Source: a virus
Virus record (IMG/VR): IMGVR_UViG_3300032284_002783
Span: 1 to 64,000 of that record
Length of the DNA stretch: 64,000 nt
Reading direction: 5' to 3' (one strand)
Part shown: positions 1 to 9,521 of the stretch, piece after piece
How positions within the stretch are numbered: position 1 is the first letter of the stretch
Layout of the letters: the number at the start of each line of letters is the position of its first letter
The notes under the pieces: model-generated
What the model saw: the letters and a program-made list of their open reading frames with translations, nothing else
Database searches by the model: none
What the model was told of the DNA's origin: nothing
Position numbers and translations under genes: made by a program

Positions 1-1
1 G

Positions 2-58
2 GGTTTTTATTTTAAACACCGCGAACATGCTGTACAGTTTATACTTACATGGGGATAA
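2..58 (+). CDS. C-terminal fragment of small paralog-family protein (truncated by window edge)
   Basis: Frame from base 2 reads GFYFKHREHAVQFILTWG*, the same C-terminal motif as the next three ORFs. Confidence 0.6.
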   Translation, partial: GFYFKHREHAVQFILTWG

Positions 59-252
59 CAGTTAAAAATTTTCCATGGCAGGCTGTTATAAAGCCTGGAT
101 ACGACTCTATCAATCGTAATCGTATTGTAAATTGGTTGATTATGAATATTGGACTTGAACGTTGTTGGTGGACTTATGTTGGAGTTGAAATGCATGTACT
201 CTTTACCCTTCGTGAAGATCAGATACTATTTAAGTTGACGTGGTATGACTGA
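49..252 (+). CDS. Small hypothetical protein, FxFxxxED..F.L.W family
   Basis: 67 aa, overlapping tandem array, ends FTLREDQILFKLTWYD. Confidence 0.7.
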   Translation: MGITVKNFPWQAVIKPGYDSINRNRIVNWLIMNIGLERCWWTYVGVEMHVLFTLREDQILFKLTWYD

Positions 253-445
253 CATCGAAGCCCTAGCATACGTAAGTATCGATCAAACTCCGGCTGATCT
301 GAATAATCTTGTGCAGATTGGCCTTTGGTGCCAGAAAAATCTTGCACCAAATAGTTATGGTTTTGATCTGCGTAATAACACTTGGAAATTTAGCAGTCAA
401 GAAAATCTCACTTGGTTTTTATTAACATGGGCGTATAATGGTTGA
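245..445 (+). CDS. Small hypothetical protein, FxFxxxED..F.L.W family
   Basis: 66 aa, ends WKFSSQENLTWFLLTWAYNG. Confidence 0.7.
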   Translation: MTDIEALAYVSIDQTPADLNNLVQIGLWCQKNLAPNSYGFDLRNNTWKFSSQENLTWFLLTWAYNG

Positions 446-650
446 TCAAGAGGAATTTGGTTGGCGATATTCAGCGAATATATCCACCGGCACAGTGGAT
501 AAAATGCGTTGGTGTAAACAGACTTTTGGTCAGTTTGGTGAGAGATGGAGTGTGAGATTTGCTGTAAGACATATTTTTATTTTTAAGCGACAGGAAGATC
601 ATGCCATGTTTGTGCTGGCTTGGCATGATGATATTCTAAAACTAGACTAA
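438..650 (+). CDS. Small hypothetical protein, FxFxxxED..F.L.W family
   Basis: 70 aa, ends FIFKRQEDHAMFVLAWHDD. Confidence 0.7.
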   Translation: MVDQEEFGWRYSANISTGTVDKMRWCKQTFGQFGERWSVRFAVRHIFIFKRQEDHAMFVLAWHDDILKLD

Positions 651-2122
651 CCAACTCGTCTTACTTGATCAGAGATTCTTGCATAATATTTGATTAAATC
701 TGCAGCAGCTTGAGCTTTGGCCTGAGGCTGTTGATTTTTATTGATTACAGCAATAGCACTGGCACCGGCAACAGGTATGCCTGGAGATCCTACTAGGTTA
801 CCAAGATATTGATCAAGCAGCTTTGCAGTTTTAGCCAGTGATGAACTGTGATAAAAACTATTAATCATAGTTTCTGTGCCTTTGTTGAACCAACCATCTG
901 ATCCAATGCCCCAGAATGGATACCATTTACCTGCTGCAACAGATGCTTTACCGCCGCTGCCTGTGCTGCAATAAAACGGTATAGTATGTCCTGCAAAGTT
1001 TACCACCACAATTGGTCTACCATCAATGTTGGTGATAAATGTACGGGTATTGTTAGCAGTGGGCATCTGTACAAGATCCACTTGTTGTGTTAATTTTACT
1101 AGATTACCAGCAAGAGTTTTTTGTGGCGTTGATAAGTCTTCTTTTACTGGACGACTAGTAGTTTTACCTCCGGCACTGCGTTTACGTCTAGCAGCGCAGT
1201 GAGCTCGTTGGCTAAATCCGCGCGGACGGCTGCAGTCAATACTACGCTTGTATTTGTTGGTCCAGGTCTCGGTAATTGGAGGTGCTGTGCGTTGAATTCG
1301 CTTGAACCACTCTAGGTTAAAAAACGCAGGCGCCGCGACCACAGCAAAGCCACTAACACGACGATGCATATTAGTATCTCGACGCATTTTACCTTTGCTA
1401 TCTATTATTGGCGGAGACAGACGAAATTTTGCAGATATTGGAGTACGTTTCCCCTGTCCTGTAATCATATTAACTTGTAGATTTTCTCCCATGTCCCAAT
1501 TGAATTGATTGACCAGTGCCTGTGCCATGTCATAATGCACAGCATCCAATGCCGGCCAAACAACAACAATATCCTGTATGGGAATATAAAGCAATCTTAG
1601 ATCATGATCACTTTGACGTGCAGCCATACCAACCATGCGTTGATAGCCAGGATTAATCAGGATCTCGACAGGTTTATCCTTAACAAATACAATGTTATCA
1701 GCTTCTAATAAGATTGATTCTGTAGAGTTCTTTCGGCCACGACGCATGTTAATTTGCCAGCGTGCTAGTTGTCCTTTACGACCCGGTGCCTTGGCAGCTT
1801 TTTGTAGCTGAGCCATGGTAGCATTTTTAGGGATACCATGTCGTTGACTATCCCCTGGGCGACCTGGCCCCTTACCATCTGCAAAATTTTCATCTACAGA
1901 TTTTTTGCTGCGTAGATCTTTTAATCTTTGTCTTAGTCGGTGTAATTCACCGGCGTTGCTTTCGGTTCCTGACAGTCGACGATCATAAAGTATTTGTCTT
2001 ATACGAATTAAGATTTGTTTTTCTTCGGACTCAGATTCACTAATAACATTAGACGCATGATCTACGGCATTGCGATCAAGTTCATTTAGATTTCTTTGAT
2101 ATATTAGATCAGAAATCTTCAT
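647..2122 (-). CDS. Modular hypothetical protein, probable internal head polyprotein
   Basis: 491 aa, MKISDL start, short basic modules separated by hydrophobic-x-E junctions (LNE, VDE, LLE, ITE, VKE). Confidence 0.6.
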   Translation of the reverse strand: MKISDLIYQRNLNELDRNAVDHASNVISESESEEKQILIRIRQILYDRRLSGTESNAGELHRLRQRLKDLRSKKSVDENFADGKGPGRPGDSQRHGIPKNATMAQLQKAAKAPGRKGQLARWQINMRRGRKNSTESILLEADNIVFVKDKPVEILINPGYQRMVGMAARQSDHDLRLLYIPIQDIVVVWPALDAVHYDMAQALVNQFNWDMGENLQVNMITGQGKRTPISAKFRLSPPIIDSKGKMRRDTNMHRRVSGFAVVAAPAFFNLEWFKRIQRTAPPITETWTNKYKRSIDCSRPRGFSQRAHCAARRKRSAGGKTTSRPVKEDLSTPQKTLAGNLVKLTQQVDLVQMPTANNTRTFITNIDGRPIVVVNFAGHTIPFYCSTGSGGKASVAAGKWYPFWGIGSDGWFNKGTETMINSFYHSSSLAKTAKLLDQYLGNLVGSPGIPVAGASAIAVINKNQQPQAKAQAAADLIKYYARISDQVRRVG

Positions 2123-2493
2123 TGGCGTTTCATTTGATTTTGGGCATCATCAATACGCTGCTTACTGTGTTCAATATCTTCTTGAATTCGCAAACGTTGT
2201 TGTAATGAACTTTCAGGAACTGGTTTGTTTTGCTGTTTAAGCTTGTCTATTTCATTGTCGATATCAAACAATGTGCGTTCGTCACTGCGTTTAGCACGGT
2301 TGTAGAAATCAATTTGAGTTTGTAGACTGTTAATATGGATTTCTTTCAATTCGCCATACCAGGCCCAGCGCGGAAGACCACTCGAGTTCCACCACATAAG
2401 AGCAGTGAATATCATAGCAGCGAGAGAGCCCAGCGTAATCAACGGTTTAACTTTACCATCTACTCGGTCTTTCAACCACTGCCAGTTAAACAC
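2119..2493 (-). CDS. Membrane-anchored coiled-coil protein
   Basis: One N-terminal hydrophobic helix followed by a heptad-rich C-terminus. Confidence 0.65.
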   Translation of the reverse strand: MFNWQWLKDRVDGKVKPLITLGSLAAMIFTALMWWNSSGLPRWAWYGELKEIHINSLQTQIDFYNRAKRSDERTLFDIDNEIDKLKQQNKPVPESSLQQRLRIQEDIEHSKQRIDDAQNQMKRQ

Positions 2494-2507
2494 AGTTTAA
2501 CTCCCGT

Positions 2508-4079
2508 TTAAATCCACATATCTGGATTGGTTAGATTATTCATGAATCCACGCCAGAATTGTGGCAGACCTTGTCTACGTGCAAGATTCTTCAGTGTGCT
2601 GTTGACTGCTTCTTCGTCTTTAGGATCGACATAACCAGCAACCGTCTTTTCAATAACCCTACCAAGATCGGTAAGTGCCTCATTGCTATAATCCGGAGAT
2701 GGATCATGCAATGCTGCAAGAGCATCTTTCAAATCTCCGGCAGTTCTAGACATTCTAGCTGCATCTTCTCCTTTACCGGCTGCTTCAGCAGCAGACATTT
2801 CTGCCTGTAACTTGTCTATAGCCTTTGGTAGCAACTTATCTAATGCCGGGTGCAATGCCTGAATAACTTCTGAAGTTGCAGGGCGTGCTCTTTCCTGTGC
2901 ACGACCGGTAACAACGTCTCTAGCAACACCGCCCGGACTTCTAACTGCACCGGGAACATCTTTCTTAGGAGCAGAAATAGATTTTATCACAACTTCCTTG
3001 TCGTGCTTTCCAGTTTCAGGATTGAATACAAACTTTTTAACCGGACCGGGAATTTGTTCGGGCTTAAATTCTTTATGTGTCCATTGACTTGGTTCAAACT
3101 CACGAGATTTCATTAATCGAGAACTGCCAACATAGACCTTTTGAATAGCACCTATAGCTCCGCGAAGTAGATCAAAAAAGTTTTCTCTATTTTGAGAATC
3201 GTATTTGTCAGGTATACCAACACGCTTCATGTTATAGCTGGTAGCAGGTGCGTTGTCAGACAATTTGCCACGACGTCTCTCAGCACTTCTATCAACTTTT
3301 ACAATTGGTTTACCGGTGTCTGGATCTTTTTTGATTTTTGATGTAACTTTTCCAGTCTTTGGATCAACAGTGTCCTCGGTTTCATATTCATCGGGAATTA
3401 ACATGTTATCTACACGCATGTCTTTGCTGAATGCTACAACACGATATCTTAGATTGGTATCGCCTTTGGCATCATATTCCTTGCCGCGTTGTGCAGCTTG
3501 TTCAGTTTTATCTAATATGTACTTTTCATCCGGCTTTGCATATGCAACTCCAAATTTACCAACAATTATCAAAACGTTATCTGGATTGTTTTTAAATTCT
3601 TGATTTTGTAATCTATCTCCCTTACCGATGAAATCCCATTCGGTTGTATCAGATAATTTTTCAAATCTATGTAGGTATTGAAGCAGAGATTTGCCACCGT
3701 TTAAGTATTCAGGTGTTTTTAAAATTTGACCTGGCTTGCTGGCATCTCTTTTTTTTGGCATTCTCTGTCCCGGCTTTGCCAATATTTTGAACAGGGTGGT
3801 TGTCTCTTCTAACGTTTCTTCTTCAACTGTTTCTTCTTCAACAGTGGTCTGTTGATTAATAAACTCGCGTAATATTTGTTCGCCGTACACAAAATACTCT
3901 GTGTTAACATTTAGAGATTCTACAAATGCTCTGTATGCTTTCATTTGATCAGCAGTTGACGATGTTTCAACAGCAGGGCTGGCAGCAACTGATGGAATAT
4001 TGATAACCGGCATTGGCTGTATTTTGCCAAGATTTTCAATCATTTCTGCTAATTTTTGAATTTTGTCTTTCTGCGTCAT
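2508..4079 (-). CDS. Hypothetical late (probably virion) protein
   Basis: 523 aa ORF with AAGGA RBS, TATAAATA upstream and an acidic TVEEE repeat. Confidence 0.7.
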   Translation of the reverse strand: MTQKDKIQKLAEMIENLGKIQPMPVINIPSVAASPAVETSSTADQMKAYRAFVESLNVNTEYFVYGEQILREFINQQTTVEEETVEEETLEETTTLFKILAKPGQRMPKKRDASKPGQILKTPEYLNGGKSLLQYLHRFEKLSDTTEWDFIGKGDRLQNQEFKNNPDNVLIIVGKFGVAYAKPDEKYILDKTEQAAQRGKEYDAKGDTNLRYRVVAFSKDMRVDNMLIPDEYETEDTVDPKTGKVTSKIKKDPDTGKPIVKVDRSAERRRGKLSDNAPATSYNMKRVGIPDKYDSQNRENFFDLLRGAIGAIQKVYVGSSRLMKSREFEPSQWTHKEFKPEQIPGPVKKFVFNPETGKHDKEVVIKSISAPKKDVPGAVRSPGGVARDVVTGRAQERARPATSEVIQALHPALDKLLPKAIDKLQAEMSAAEAAGKGEDAARMSRTAGDLKDALAALHDPSPDYSNEALTDLGRVIEKTVAGYVDPKDEEAVNSTLKNLARRQGLPQFWRGFMNNLTNPDMWI

Positions 4080-4112
4080 GTTTAATCCTTTAGAATTGCA
4101 TACGGTATAGAT

Positions 4113-4120
4113 TATTTATA
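4113..4120 (-). promoter_or_regulatory. T4-type late promoter TATAAATA
   Basis: Exact consensus upstream of 2508..4079. Confidence 0.7.
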
Positions 4121-4162
4121 ACACTTGCTGATATTGTTTACGGGTAATTTCGTGTCAAGTCA

Positions 4163-4196
4163 CAAAAAAAGGGCGATTTATTCGCCCTTTTTTTGT
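4163..4196. terminator. Intrinsic terminator after ompA
   Basis: AAAAAAAGGGCGA-TTTAT-TCGCCCTTTTTTT inverted repeat with U/A tracts on both sides. Confidence 0.8.
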
Positions 4197-4211
4197 CTTA
4201 AGATTTAAGTT

Positions 4212-5177
4212 TTACTGTAGAACGATTTCAACTCTACGGTTTTGTGGCTCACGAGCATTTGGTCCAGTCTGAACCATTAGTCCCTGTTCGCCCTTGCCAA
4301 CTACAGAAATTGCGCTGGCTGGTACGCCTTCAGCAACCAAAGCGTTCTTAACGCTGGTAGCTCTACGTAGGCTTAGTGCCATGTTATAGCTTTCTGGTCC
4401 ACTGGTGTCAGTGTGTCCTGTAGCAGTAATCTGAGCAGTGCCCTTTGAACGATATGCGCTAGCAGCTTGCTTGATTACATTCATGCCTGCGGCAGTGATG
4501 TTGCTCTTGTCCCAATCAAAGAATACCATAAAGCTGGTAGCTGCTGGTGCTGCTGCAACTGGCACTGGTGCCGGAGCCGGAGTATCAAACTTATATGTAA
4601 GGCTCAGCATAACGCCGATGTTGTTGTTAGTCCATTGTGCATTGTTTACACTAGGATTGGTAGTTCCGTAATAACGACCATCGAGATTAACACGAAGGTT
4701 TTCTGTTGCCTTATAACCTACACCGACAATGCCCTGATATGCAAGTGCAGTGCTGCTGAGAGGGCTGTTGCCGTCTACCAGAGCAAGACCTGCGCCTACA
4801 CCAGCATATGGGGTAATAATGCTGTCTGGCATAAAGTCATAAAGAGCATTTACCATAAATGCTAGCTGTCCGACCTGATTGCCAAGTGCAGTGTTTGGAA
4901 CGTTTACGTTAGTTGGATTGTAGCGATAAACAGTTTCGAACTCAACACGTGGTCCGACAAAGTCGTATCCGAACACGCCACCAACTGCCCAACCTGTCTG
5001 TGGTGTAACACCTACAACTGGAGCAGCCATTACGTTTGTATTAGCATTGAAATTGGTCATCCAATTAAGACCACCTTCAATGCCTGTATAAAATCCCTGA
5101 GTCTGAGCGTTAGCAGTCTGGGTCAAAACTAGACCAGCCACAGCGCAACCAAGGGCAAGCTTTAGTACTTTCTTCAT
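4212..5177 (-). CDS. ompA: OmpA-family outer membrane protein (beta-barrel plus OmpA C-terminal peptidoglycan-binding domain)
   Basis: Signal peptide, barrel strands (TPYAGVGAG), Pro/Ala linker, VFFDWDKS, GHTDTSG..YNMALSLRRA, NRRVEI. Confidence 0.93.
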   Translation of the reverse strand: MKKVLKLALGCAVAGLVLTQTANAQTQGFYTGIEGGLNWMTNFNANTNVMAAPVVGVTPQTGWAVGGVFGYDFVGPRVEFETVYRYNPTNVNVPNTALGNQVGQLAFMVNALYDFMPDSIITPYAGVGAGLALVDGNSPLSSTALAYQGIVGVGYKATENLRVNLDGRYYGTTNPSVNNAQWTNNNIGVMLSLTYKFDTPAPAPVPVAAAPAATSFMVFFDWDKSNITAAGMNVIKQAASAYRSKGTAQITATGHTDTSGPESYNMALSLRRATSVKNALVAEGVPASAISVVGKGEQGLMVQTGPNAREPQNRRVEIVLQ

Positions 5178-5305
5178 AATCTTCCTTTCCTGAAGTTAAA
5201 AACAATATATAGCTTAAACTAACTACAAATCAAACTAAATTATTGAATTCTAAATAGTTTTCCAAAAATTGTATTTTTTTTGCAACACTCGTATAATTAG
5301 AGACT

Positions 5306-6061
5306 ATGATTAAATTCCATGCAACCCCCATCTCATTAAATTTGATACATCTAATTGCTACCATAGCCGGTATAGTATGGATATGTATCTCTCCATTTCA
5401 ATACATCAATTTGGTTTTCATATTCGTAGGCTATTTCCTCTTAGCCGGAGTTGGACACGAAATTTTTTATCACAGATATTTTTGTCATAAAAGTTTTGAA
5501 ACATATTTGCCTGTACAGTGGGTTGGACTTGTGTTAGGTGTGTTAGCCGGCCGAGGAAGTCCAACGGATTGGACAGCAATACATAGATATCATCATAAAT
5601 TTGCCGATAGTGATTTAGATCCACACAACCCGCGCAAGGAAAAATGGCGTGCATTTTTTCCTTATTTCTTTTTATATGATCAAAAAATTAATCCATTTAT
5701 TGTAAAAGATCTTTTGAAATCTCCTGTACAACGATTTATCAATAACTATTATAACTTGATTATTATATTGTTTGCAGTGTTATTTGCTGTGATAGATTTG
5801 AATTTATTTTTCTATCTATGGGTTATTCCCATGGCTATCACTGGTTGGATGATTTCTTTGGGAACTGTTCTTAGCCACACATACGGTTATAGAAATTTCA
5901 ACAGTAATGATAAATCGACTAATAACTTTATTATGAGCATTTTGTTATGGGGTCAAGGTTGGCATAACAATCATCATGCACAGCCAACAAGATGGGATTT
6001 AAGGATCAATTGGTGGGAAATAGATCCTTGTGCGTGGGTAATAAGATGTATTAAGCGCTAG
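5306..6061 (+). CDS. Membrane fatty acid (acyl-CoA delta-9-like) desaturase 1
   Basis: His boxes HRYFCH, HRYHH and HNNHH; TM helices; WWEID tail. Confidence 0.9.
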   Translation: MIKFHATPISLNLIHLIATIAGIVWICISPFQYINLVFIFVGYFLLAGVGHEIFYHRYFCHKSFETYLPVQWVGLVLGVLAGRGSPTDWTAIHRYHHKFADSDLDPHNPRKEKWRAFFPYFFLYDQKINPFIVKDLLKSPVQRFINNYYNLIIILFAVLFAVIDLNLFFYLWVIPMAITGWMISLGTVLSHTYGYRNFNSNDKSTNNFIMSILLWGQGWHNNHHAQPTRWDLRINWWEIDPCAWVIRCIKR

Positions 6062-6683
6062 TTGTAGTTGCTTGAGGCCAATTTGGATTATAACCATCTA
6101 CTAGATTTCTATATATTACGTACTGCTCTGTGTTTTGTATTAATGCTTTATAAGGTAGTGGAATAAATTCCCTATAAAATGTTGAGCTTAAACTACCAAA
6201 TAGAAAATATTTGTCTTTGATTTTTTCATACTTGCCCTGACGATTCATCGACATCATTACCCGCTTATTATATTCATTAAAAGTTAGCGCAAATACTTTT
6301 GCACCCTCTTTTTTAGCCCAGTCGATATGAATAGGCATTATGTGTTCTGCCACAACAATGCTTCCTCGATACTTTGGCATTTTCCATGCACGCACAGCAC
6401 CGATTACTACATTAGGATCAAACTCCGCTTTGTAAGATCCACTAGATGCTACAATTTCGTTGTTTTCATCATATAAAAAGCTAAAAATACCATTATCAGA
6501 TTTAAATCTATCAGTTTTTAGTAATAGATACAGCAAGGTGTTATTTTTGTTTTCCCAATCTGTGTATGCCATATTTGCACTGGCAGGTCGTTTGCTGTCC
6601 AATTCACATTTTTTACAGAATGAAAAAATGTCGTTTAATGTTTGATCATCGATGTTTTCAGGATCAACGGTTTTAACCTGCAT
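6051..6683 (-). CDS. GNAT-like hypothetical protein
   Basis: RAWKMPKYRG and WAKKEGAKVFALTFNEYN resemble acetyltransferase motifs A/B. Confidence 0.55.
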   Translation of the reverse strand: MQVKTVDPENIDDQTLNDIFSFCKKCELDSKRPASANMAYTDWENKNNTLLYLLLKTDRFKSDNGIFSFLYDENNEIVASSGSYKAEFDPNVVIGAVRAWKMPKYRGSIVVAEHIMPIHIDWAKKEGAKVFALTFNEYNKRVMMSMNRQGKYEKIKDKYFLFGSLSSTFYREFIPLPYKALIQNTEQYVIYRNLVDGYNPNWPQATTTSA

Positions 6684-7557
6684 TTGTGCCTTTCAATAAT
6701 TCCACTAATTGATTATATTCTATTTTGAAAACGCCGTCCATAGTTTTTCTTTTTTCTTTGAGAATTTGAATATTTGTAATTGAGTTAAAATCTTCTAACT
6801 TATCAATTTGTTCATAGCCGGTATATTTAGGTCTTTCTTCTAATTCAAACATTCTTGTATATACAGACCGGCGACTAGAAAAGGTTCCTAACTTTCCAGG
6901 TAATCTGTTGTTACCCAATTCAACAATAGTTGGATCTAATAAAAATGATAAAAAGGTTTCTGGTGTCCATGAATGAAAGGCACTGGTTCCTTTAAGTAAT
7001 CCTTTTTTGTAAAGATTGCCCCAGCCTTCCCAGGCTTCTTTTTGAGTGTAGTACCATAATCCGCTTGATAAATCTGGAGAAAGATATGGTTCTTCATTAC
7101 CACATAAAACACTGCCTTTTAAATCTAATGCTGCTTTCATTGTAGTAATATATTGATATGTACCAGAATTAGCCATTTCAGCAATTTCCAAAAATTCTCT
7201 GCTATTGACAAATTTATGAAAATCAATGTCTATAACCAATGGTTGCAGATTTCTTTTTTTACAATATCTAAACGCATGATCGAGATCGTGTTGGTTTAAT
7301 TGTGGATGAATGTTAACTATCACAGGAATTATTGGTAATTTGAGAGTTAAAAATGCTTCTAGCATTACTTCGCTGTCAATTCCTCCACTGTACAAAGCGT
7401 ACAAAGTACCTTCTCTGTTATTCCAAATCTCCTGGGCATTGATTAATAATTCTTCGCAATAAGTTTTTGGACTTCTACTCGTAGGAGATATTTCCAGACA
7501 AAAAGTCTCGGCTGTACCATGTGATTTTATAAAATTATTTTTTCGATATTCGATCAT
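6673..7557 (-). CDS. PP-loop (adenine nucleotide alpha-hydrolase) ATPase
   Basis: ALYSGGIDSE PP-loop, C-terminal RPKYTGYE; start placed at the MIEY ATG. Confidence 0.75.
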   Translation of the reverse strand: MIEYRKNNFIKSHGTAETFCLEISPTSRSPKTYCEELLINAQEIWNNREGTLYALYSGGIDSEVMLEAFLTLKLPIIPVIVNIHPQLNQHDLDHAFRYCKKRNLQPLVIDIDFHKFVNSREFLEIAEMANSGTYQYITTMKAALDLKGSVLCGNEEPYLSPDLSSGLWYYTQKEAWEGWGNLYKKGLLKGTSAFHSWTPETFLSFLLDPTIVELGNNRLPGKLGTFSSRRSVYTRMFELEERPKYTGYEQIDKLEDFNSITNIQILKEKRKTMDGVFKIEYNQLVELLKGTNAG

Positions 7558-7643
7558 TATTCTGCACCTGAACATTTATTTTATCATATGAAAGAGGATA
7601 TAATCAACTTTACATTTTGATAGCGTGCTGTATAATTTTTAAT

Positions 7644-8216
7644 ATGAACGAAGAATTTATATTACCTTTTGATAAGGTTGCTATCAGTACCGAAGATGAA
7701 GCATATATCTATAACTTGTTAAAATCACATGACCAGTCAAAAGTGCTTGACTATCATGGATATCTACATCCAAAATTAACATTTAAAACTAAGTTCGCTC
7801 AGGAATTAAAAGCGTTTGGAGACACTATTGGTTTGAGATTAGCAGGAATTTACGCTTTTACGGCCAATGCAAATACCACAACCAGTATACACATCGATGG
7901 TAATATCGAGTCTGGACCGTTGCCTTGGAGAATATGTTGGTATTGCCGAGGAGATGCTGGCACATTAAGCTGGTATCCAACTGATTCAAATACAGTGTTT
8001 GATAATCATGTTGGTGCATACGTATTACCACGTACCATTGAACCAATTGCCTCAGTTAAGCTCAATATGAAAAGTGCTATCATACGCACTGAAATACCTC
8101 ATCTATTAGATTTATCAGGAACCACTGTAGATAGACTGACTATTACTGCTACATTTAAACCATATATAAGTTGGCAAGAATTAAGAGCTAGATTAAACAA
8201 TGTTAAGACTTGCTGA
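7644..8216 (+). CDS. Cupin/2OG-Fe(II) dioxygenase-like protein
   Basis: IHIDG (HxD) ... IPH ... DRLTI pattern; TATAAT just upstream of the ATG at 7644. Confidence 0.55.
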   Translation: MNEEFILPFDKVAISTEDEAYIYNLLKSHDQSKVLDYHGYLHPKLTFKTKFAQELKAFGDTIGLRLAGIYAFTANANTTTSIHIDGNIESGPLPWRICWYCRGDAGTLSWYPTDSNTVFDNHVGAYVLPRTIEPIASVKLNMKSAIIRTEIPHLLDLSGTTVDRLTITATFKPYISWQELRARLNNVKTC

Positions 8217-8748
8217 TCAATCTGATTTCCAAAACATATATGATTTAATTAAATCAAAAACTAAAATTTTTGAATCGCCGTTTATTCCAGATAGCTTTGA
8301 TACTTTCTGCCGCAGATTACAAAGTGGCAACACAACTAGAATTTTTCTATCTTTCAATGATACCATTTTACAAGGTATATTGTTCACAAGATTAATCACC
8401 AATGTGATCCCAGCATGGTATTCGCATTTGATTGTAGTTAAAAACGGATTAACTTTGCGTACGAGTCATTCAGTACAAGCATCGCTGTATGATTCTGCAA
8501 TCGATTATTATGAACAAGAGAATATTAACATGTTTTTCTATGTTCAACCCATAAGATATGAAAAGCTATTGAACAATCCGGTGAGACAATTATCATCAAA
8601 GTTACAAGGATATTCTAGCGTTATAGTAGATAGTATTCCCGCCGGGGTTTCAAATGACTCAATTCTTATAAAAACACTATTACAAGATAGAACACCTGTT
8701 GTAGATGTTAGAGTAATTATGAAAGTAAAGAAGGATCAAATAATATGA
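8200..8748 (+). CDS. GNAT-fold-like hypothetical protein
   Basis: MLRLADQSDFQNIYDL start typical of GNATs; LYDSAIDYYEQE. Confidence 0.45.
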   Translation: MLRLADQSDFQNIYDLIKSKTKIFESPFIPDSFDTFCRRLQSGNTTRIFLSFNDTILQGILFTRLITNVIPAWYSHLIVVKNGLTLRTSHSVQASLYDSAIDYYEQENINMFFYVQPIRYEKLLNNPVRQLSSKLQGYSSVIVDSIPAGVSNDSILIKTLLQDRTPVVDVRVIMKVKKDQII

Positions 8749-9521
8749 TTAATCCGCATTTTATTAAACTTACAATACCTGTACATTGCTTATTATTATT
8801 GTCGTTTTTTATGATACATTGGACAGTGTGGAACATAATTGGAATTCTAATTTTATGGACATTGATTGGCGGGTTTGGTGTAGCTGTAGGGTATCATAGA
8901 TTATTTGGTCATAGAAGTTTTAACACGCATCCTGTAATAGCTAAGATATTAGCTTATTTGGGATTACTAAGCGGAGACGGTAGTTTAATTTTTTGGGTAG
9001 CTTTACATATTGGCATTCATCACAAATATGCTGACAAAGAACAGGACCTACACTCTCCTATAAAGGGTTTATGGAGTTCATTTATCGGATGGCAGAGTAA
9101 AATAAACCAAAACACCATAAGCTTATTACCAGCTAGGGCATTATTAAAAGACAAGTACTATGTGTTTTTACATGATTATTACTACGTTATTTTTTGGTTA
9201 ACGTTCATTATATTGGCAGGCATTAGTTGGCAATTTGCACTAGGAATTTTTATTCCTGCTTCAATACTAAGTCATCATCAAGATAACTTAGTTAATGTGG
9301 GTGGTCATCTACGTAAAGCTGGATATAGGAATTTTGACATAAACGATAATTCAACTAATAATTGGTTTACAGGTTTATTTGTATGGGGTCAAGGTTGGCA
9401 TAATAATCATCATGCTAGACCAAATGATTCAAATTTTGGCGGTCAACAATGGTGGGAATTTGACAGCGCACATAGATTATTAATTCCTCTGATAAGGAGT
9501 AAAAATGAAAGTAATACTTAA
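8745..9521 (+). CDS. Membrane fatty acid desaturase 2
   Basis: HRLFGH, HIGIHH and HNNHH boxes. Confidence 0.9.
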   Translation: MINPHFIKLTIPVHCLLLLSFFMIHWTVWNIIGILILWTLIGGFGVAVGYHRLFGHRSFNTHPVIAKILAYLGLLSGDGSLIFWVALHIGIHHKYADKEQDLHSPIKGLWSSFIGWQSKINQNTISLLPARALLKDKYYVFLHDYYYVIFWLTFIILAGISWQFALGIFIPASILSHHQDNLVNVGGHLRKAGYRNFDINDNSTNNWFTGLFVWGQGWHNNHHARPNDSNFGGQQWWEFDSAHRLLIPLIRSKNESNT

